This document shows, piece after piece, positions 27,226-32,000 of a stretch of DNA of 32,000 nt. The notes below the pieces were generated by a model. It was not told the DNA's origin. It saw only the letters and a list, made by a program, of their open reading frames with translations, and did not search any database. This DNA is from Methylophaga frappieri. Its GTDB lineage: Bacteria; Pseudomonadota; Gammaproteobacteria; Nitrosococcales; Methylophagaceae. The stretch spans positions 720,001-752,000 of the forward strand of contig NC_017856.1 of the NCBI RefSeq assembly GCF_000260965.1, read 5' to 3'. The position numbers and the translations under genes are program-made. How positions within the stretch are numbered: the first letter of the stretch is position 1; each line of letters starts with the position of its first letter.

Positions 27226-27982
27226 TTAAAAAATCGCTTACTGTCTGACAAAATACCGCCGGTTGATCGGCATGCACCCAATGTCCCGCCTCCGCTATTT
27301 TAACCCTCTTCGTCTGACTAAAGCAGTCAGTAATCTGTTGCCAGTCTGCTTCGGTAATATAGTCTGAATACGCGCCGGCAATAAACAGCGTCGTTAATGG
27401 CATGTGTTTTGGTAAATCTAACCCTTTCAACAAGGCCGGGTAATGACAAAATAAGTTTTCCAGATCAATTCGCCAATGCAGCCTGCCATCATTAAGCACA
27501 AGATTAGTCAACAAAAATTGGCGGGTTGCTTTATCGGGAATCATCCCCGCTAAGGCTGAATCGACACTGGCGCGTTGTTGATGCTGGCTCAGGTCAATAG
27601 CCAGTAACGATTTGAATAAGTCACTGTGGGTGTCACGATAACGCCGTGGTGCGATATCAACGACAATTAACTTCGCCAGCATGTCTGGAAAGTCAGCCGC
27701 AAATTGCATCGCGACTTTACCGCCAATTGAATGGCCAAGCAGATGTATTTTTGAGAGATTTAAAGCTCGTAATAATTCTCGTAAATCCTCAGCCATTAAG
27801 GAATAGGATTGCTGGCTATCGTGAAATGACCGTCCGTGATTACGCAGATCAACACAAATCACTTGACGATATGTTGCTAATTGCTTGGCAATGCCCCGCC
27901 AATTATCTGATGAACCAAATAGACCGTGACAAATCACCAACGGCGTACCGCCAGTACCGAAAGTTTGATAATACAGTGCCAT
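27215..27982 (-). CDS. alpha/beta-fold hydrolase (YbfF-like esterase)
   Basis: 255 aa. Nucleophile elbow 'GHSIGG', an oxyanion 'HGLFGS' region, and a distal 'GHWVHAD' catalytic His. The 3' end overlaps the MazG-like gene by 11 nt. Confidence 0.85.
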   Translation of the reverse strand: MALYYQTFGTGGTPLVICHGLFGSSDNWRGIAKQLATYRQVICVDLRNHGRSFHDSQQSYSLMAEDLRELLRALNLSKIHLLGHSIGGKVAMQFAADFPDMLAKLIVVDIAPRRYRDTHSDLFKSLLAIDLSQHQQRASVDSALAGMIPDKATRQFLLTNLVLNDGRLHWRIDLENLFCHYPALLKGLDLPKHMPLTTLFIAGAYSDYITEADWQQITDCFSQTKRVKIAEAGHWVHADQPAVFCQTVSDFLNDD

Positions 27983-28033
27983 TAGTCAGGGTATTTACCG
28001 TTATAATCTGTTTTTAAACAACAGGAATATAGC

Positions 28034-28210
28034 ATGGATGAAGCTGTCTTAATGATACTCGTCAAACAGTATGCCGATCGCTTTGGTATTACGTTCAGTT
28101 CTTCTCACCTTGATGATGTCAATAAAAAACACCAACTCGTAAAACTGATGCAACAGGCGTTGGCTGGAGAGCGTGGTCCCGTCACTGATACCGATCTTGA
28201 AGCCGATTAA
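28034..28210 (+). CDS. hypothetical 58-aa protein (below the ORF-track length cutoff)
   Basis: My translation is MDEAVLMILVKQYADRFGITFSSSHLDDVNKKHQLVKLMQQALAGERGPVTDTDLEAD*. AGGAA lies 7 nt upstream of the ATG. It fills an otherwise empty 257-bp gap and ends in a hairpin (28200-28220). I recognise no family. Confidence 0.4.
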   Translation: MDEAVLMILVKQYADRFGITFSSSHLDDVNKKHQLVKLMQQALAGERGPVTDTDLEAD

Positions 28211-28220
28211 TTATCGGCTT
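28200..28220. terminator. hairpin between the 58-aa ORF and convergent fabB
   Basis: 'aagccgat-taatt-atcggctt': an 8-bp stem that overlaps the small ORF stop. The flanking T-tracts are short. Confidence 0.35.
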
Positions 28221-28239
28221 TACTCTCCATCCTCGCGAG

Positions 28240-29460
28240 TTACAACTTTTCAAAAATCAGGCAAGCATTAGTGCCACCAAAGCCAAAGCTGTTAGACAAA
28301 ACGGCCTGTAGACCCGCATTATCAATTCGCTGTCTGACAATATTCATTCCATCTGCTTCTGGATCCAGATTTTCAATATTCGCTGAGGCAGCAATAAAAT
28401 CGTCTTGCATCATCAAGAGACTATATATGGCTTCTTGTACACCCGCAGCACCCAGTGAGTGACCTGATAATGATTTAGTTGAGCCTATCCACGGCATCGC
28501 GTCAGGAAACACCGTCTTGACCGCACCTAACTCAGCCAAATCTCCTACCGGTGTGCTGGTGCCATGCGCGTTGATGTAATCAACTTTATCATGGCGCATG
28601 GTACTCATCGCCATTTGCATACAACGTTGTGCGCCTTCACCGGACGGGGCAACCATATCGTAGCCATCTGATGTTGCCGCATAACCTGTCAATTCGGCAT
28701 AAATTTTAGCTCCGCGTGCCTTGGCATGTTCGTATTCTTCCAGCACCAACACCCCGCCGCCGCCAGCAATGACAAACCCATCCCGGTCAACATCATAAGC
28801 ACGGGAAGCTTTTTCTGGTGTCTCGTTGTATTTGGTGGATAACGCTCCCATCGCATCAAACAGAGAACTCATCGACCAATGCTCCTCTTCCGCGCCACCG
28901 GCAAAGACAACATCCTGTTTACCTAACTGGATTTGCTCCATCGCATTGCCAATACAGTGCGCGCTGGTTGCACACGCCGATGACATGGAATAGTTCACAC
29001 CTTTAATTTTGAATGGCGTCGCCAAACACGCTGATGTCGTACTCCCCATCACTTGGGTCACACGATAAGGGCCAACCCGCTTTAAGCCTTTTTGGCGAAG
29101 AATATCAGCGGCTTCAACCTGATTAGACGATGATGCTCCACCCGAGCCCATAATCAGACCAGTTCGAGGGTTGGAAACCTCCTCTTCACTCAAACTAGCA
29201 TCGGCAATCGCTTGCTGCATAGCAATATAAGCATAGGCCGCTGCGTCGCCCATGAATCGTAAAACTTTCCTGTCAATGAAATCTTTAAAGTCGATATCAA
29301 AGTAGCCCGCCACCTGACTACGAAAGCCCATCTCGGCATATACGGGCTTAAATTTAATGCCACTTTGTCCTGCCTTCAGTGATGCTTTGACCGAGTCGGC
29401 ATCAAGACCAAGACAAGAAGTGATCCCCAAACCTGTTACGACAACTCTGCGCATACTCAT
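28240..29460 (-). CDS. fabB: beta-ketoacyl-ACP synthase I
   Basis: 406 aa. Active-site '[14 protein letters not shown]', plus His motifs '[11 protein letters not shown]' and '[12 protein letters not shown]'. It sits 2 nt downstream of fabA. Confidence 0.93.
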   Translation of the reverse strand: MSMRRVVVTGLGITSCLGLDADSVKASLKAGQSGIKFKPVYAEMGFRSQVAGYFDIDFKDFIDRKVLRFMGDAAAYAYIAMQQAIADASLSEEEVSNPRTGLIMGSGGASSSNQVEAADILRQKGLKRVGPYRVTQVMGSTTSACLATPFKIKGVNYSMSSACATSAHCIGNAMEQIQLGKQDVVFAGGAEEEHWSMSSLFDAMGALSTKYNETPEKASRAYDVDRDGFVIAGGGGVLVLEEYEHAKARGAKIYAELTGYAATSDGYDMVAPSGEGAQRCMQMAMSTMRHDKVDYINAHGTSTPVGDLAELGAVKTVFPDAMPWIGSTKSLSGHSLGAAGVQEAIYSLLMMQDDFIAASANIENLDPEADGMNIVRQRIDNAGLQAVLSNSFGFGGTNACLIFEKL

Positions 29461-29462
29461 GA

Positions 29463-29978
29463 TTAAAAGTCTTCCGTTGAGGTGAACAGACCCACACGCA
29501 AATCTTTGGCTTGATAGATTTCGCGACCGTCAACCGAAACCGTTCCATCGGCAATCGCCAACACTAATTTCCGGGAAATAACCCGTTTCAAGTCAATTTT
29601 ATACGTAACTTTTTTCGCGGTTGGTAACACTTGTCCAGTGAATTTGACTTCTCCAGAACCTAACGCCCGCCCACGACCAGGATTACCATCCCAAGCGAGG
29701 AAAAAACCGACCAGTTGCCACATTGCATCCAGACCCAAACAGCCTGGCATCACAGGATCACCCGGAAAATGGCAGTCAAAAAACCATAGGTCCGGACGGA
29801 TATCAAGTTCGGCAACAATCTCTCCCTTATCATAGGCGCCGCCAGTATTGGCAATGTGACTGATGCGATCCATCATCAGCATATTTGGTATGGGTAATTG
29901 TGCATTACCAGGCCCGAACATCTCGCCGTGACCACATTGCAACAATTCCTCATAGGAAAAAGATGACTGCTTACTCAT
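29463..29978 (-). CDS. fabA: 3-hydroxydecanoyl-ACP dehydratase / trans-2-decenoyl-ACP isomerase
   Basis: The track ORF runs to 30032. The ATG at 29978 ([13 protein letters not shown]) gives 171 aa, the FabA size. Active-site region '[24 protein letters not shown]'. Confidence 0.93.
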   Translation of the reverse strand: MSKQSSFSYEELLQCGHGEMFGPGNAQLPIPNMLMMDRISHIANTGGAYDKGEIVAELDIRPDLWFFDCHFPGDPVMPGCLGLDAMWQLVGFFLAWDGNPGRGRALGSGEVKFTGQVLPTAKKVTYKIDLKRVISRKLVLAIADGTVSVDGREIYQAKDLRVGLFTSTEDF

Positions 29979-30068
29979 GTAAAAAAGTATTATCCCCTTG
30001 AATTGGCTCGCTATGATACCACGAACTATCACTGCTCAGAAAAGCCACTGTTTATTTACCGTCAACTT

Positions 30069-30104
30069 AAAAAAAAGCCACGGCCATACATGACCGTGGC
30101 TTTT
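30069..30104 (-). terminator. rho-independent terminator after the TolC-family gene (upstream of the fabA promoter region)
   Basis: The + strand reads 'aaaaaaaa-gccacgg-ccatacatga-ccgtggc-tttt'. Read on the - strand, the hairpin is followed by 8 T. Confidence 0.85.
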
Positions 30105-30123
30105 CAGATTTATGTGAATACGG

Positions 30124-31443
30124 TTAGTTTGTTGCCACCGTAGTACTGGCTTCTGGTGCTTCAATTTCCAGACTTTCCAGCAGCATTCCCATACTGTTCA
30201 AAATACGATACATAGCATATACCTCGTCGTATTGTGCTTCAATCAACGAAATACTTGACCGGAACAACTCATTTTCAGAATCCAGTAAATCCAGCAATGT
30301 GCGCTGGCCTAGACTAAATTGTTGCAGGTAAGCATCGCGGGTTTTTTCTGCCGCATCCGCATAAGTTTCAAAATAAGCCATTTGATTGCGGACGGTTTGC
30401 AACGCATTCCAGGACAGGCGTGTACTTTCCTCAACCTCACGATGCGTATTATTTCTGATTTCGGCAGCCTGATTAATTAACGCCGCTGTCTCTTCACGCC
30501 GAGCCGAATCACGTCCCCCGTTAAACAGGTTATAACGCAGTCTGAGCATGGCCTGCACATCACGATCCGAACCACGGACAGCATCGATATTGTTGTCCTG
30601 ACGCACACCGACTTCAAAGTCCAGTCTCGGGAAAAACGGTGCCAAGGCGGTTTCATGTTGATAATTCGCTGATTCCAAGTCGGCATTGGCTGCTTTTAAC
30701 GTTGGATGATTACTAACCGCGGCATTGATGGCTTCTTCAACCGTAGACGGTATCAATCCTGCTGGCGATTCTGGATCTGACAAACTGGTTGCCTCGATAC
30801 CCACTACGCGCAAGTAATTGGTTTCGGCATCACGCAGGTTACTTTGTTCTGCCATCAGGTTTGTTTCCGCCAAGGCCAAACGACCCAAACTTTGTTCGCC
30901 ATCCGCTCGGCGACCGACACCACGCTCGGAGCGCAGCAGAATTTGATCATGAGTGCGTTGATGCGCTTCAAGATTATCCTGCGCCAACTCGACAATACGT
31001 TGCTGTCTTAATACATTGAGGTAAGCATCAATTGCTTCAAGACCCGTATTTTCTGAAGCACTGTAAACGCTATGGGCTCTCGAATTAGTCCGAGCACGAT
31101 GACGACTAACTTCATTTTTTGTCTCAAGGCCATCAAACAACATTTGACGTCCGTTCAGACTGGCTTCATTCCGGTTATAGCCAACGCTGCTACCATTCGC
31201 CGGATTGTTTCTTACTGCCGGATTGCTCGTTCTCTCATACCCCGTGCCCAGCGCCAAATCAACGGTTGGAAAATAACCTGCTCTTGCCTGCTCAATCTCT
31301 TGAGCTACTGCTTGACGTTCATGAACAGCAGATAATACATCTGGATTTGTCTTAAGCGTAATATCGACCGCTTCACGCAAGGTTTCTGCATTGGCTGTGC
31401 TGACGCCCGCAACGAGTGGGATGACAAAAAATAACGTTTTCAT
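30124..31443 (-). CDS. TolC-family outer-membrane channel (type I secretion / efflux OMP)
   Basis: The track ORF runs to 31572. The ATG at 31443 gives the signal peptide 'MKTLFFVIPLVAGVSTANA' followed by 'ETLREAVDITLKTNPDV'. There are two repeated coiled-coil/beta halves ('GYFPTVDL' and 'PFFPRLDF'). Confidence 0.88.
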   Translation of the reverse strand: MKTLFFVIPLVAGVSTANAETLREAVDITLKTNPDVLSAVHERQAVAQEIEQARAGYFPTVDLALGTGYERTSNPAVRNNPANGSSVGYNRNEASLNGRQMLFDGLETKNEVSRHRARTNSRAHSVYSASENTGLEAIDAYLNVLRQQRIVELAQDNLEAHQRTHDQILLRSERGVGRRADGEQSLGRLALAETNLMAEQSNLRDAETNYLRVVGIEATSLSDPESPAGLIPSTVEEAINAAVSNHPTLKAANADLESANYQHETALAPFFPRLDFEVGVRQDNNIDAVRGSDRDVQAMLRLRYNLFNGGRDSARREETAALINQAAEIRNNTHREVEESTRLSWNALQTVRNQMAYFETYADAAEKTRDAYLQQFSLGQRTLLDLLDSENELFRSSISLIEAQYDEVYAMYRILNSMGMLLESLEIEAPEASTTVATN

Positions 31444-31581
31444 AATGCATGTCCTATTTCTTATGAGTTGTGTTGCTTGCGGCATCCCCTCACTCAACAC
31501 AAAATTATAATTTAATTGTAAAACAACTCTTCCGTTTAAACGTTTTAAACAAAGTATATGCCTAATTGGCATACAAAAAAA

Positions 31582-32000
31582 CTACCGCAAATCCCGAAAC
31601 ACAATCGCTAAAGACAATCTGTCCGGCAAATTCATTTTTTGAAAGATCGTGGTCAAATGTGCTTTGACTGTTCTCTCAGTAATATCCATTTGTTTGGCAA
31701 TCATTTTATTAGTCGCACCATGACTAACTAAGGTAGCGACCTCCCGCTCTTTAGGAGAGAGGGTTTCTGCTGCCTCACGGTGGACATCATCAACCTGAGG
31801 CGCCTGATTGATTTCATTGATTAAATCGCTAATCAGGTGTCGTTCCACCCAGACTTCACCTTGTAAAATAAGGTGAATCGCGTCGCGTAACTTCTCAAAT
31901 GGTAGTGATTCGTTAAAGTAACCTCGTGCCCCTTGCTTGAGCGCCGCTATTTGCACCCCGATTGGTAAACCTTTACCAACGATCAAAATGCGACTGTTTG
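31582..32000 (-). CDS. NarL/FixJ (LuxR-type HTH) response regulator, C-terminal part; gene continues past the window end
   Basis: HTH 'LSPKEREVATLVSHGATNKMIAKQMDITERTVKAHLTTIFQKMNL'. Upstream is the receiver-domain end 'ALKQGARGYF'. The frame stays open to nt 32000 (the track 'M' is a TTG), so the N-terminus is missing. Confidence 0.85.
   Translation of the reverse strand, partial: NSRILIVGKGLPIGVQIAALKQGARGYFNESLPFEKLRDAIHLILQGEVWVERHLISDLINEINQAPQVDDVHREAAETLSPKEREVATLVSHGATNKMIAKQMDITERTVKAHLTTIFQKMNLPDRLSLAIVFRDLR

Overview
This window is a gene-dense, mostly housekeeping chromosomal segment of a Gammaproteobacterium. The conserved gene strings that support this are xseB-ispA-dxs, queD-folE2, mobAB-moeA-ttcA, dapC-dapD-arsC-like-dapE, purU and fabA-fabB. 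I cannot fix the taxon from sequence alone. I support 37 protein-coding genes, two of them truncated at the window edges and one a 58-codon ORF below the track cutoff. I also call several intrinsic-terminator hairpins and a few palindromes or DnaA boxes. I saw no rRNA, tRNA, CRISPR array, transposase, integrase, phage gene or recognisable defence gene. There is therefore no clear accessory island, and most of the window is ordinary.

The candidates for undescribed biology are:
1. A tightly packed six-gene + strand block at 2542-7594: 2OG-Fe(II) oxygenase, DUF202, SMR pump, a 753-aa fusion of a glycosidase-like barrel with a Kdo/WaaP-type kinase domain, an NlpE_N/META lipoprotein, and DUF2007. 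Its members have no precise function and look envelope-directed.
2. A TonB-dependent receptor with a 34-residue His/Asp/Glu insert (ZnuD-like metal piracy). A small signal-anchored His-motif ORF sits directly upstream of it.
3. A 277-bp convergent intergenic spacer carrying inverted DnaA boxes next to an AT-rich tract.

All functional calls rest on motifs I recognise by eye in the translations. No database search, GC computation or RNA folding was run.
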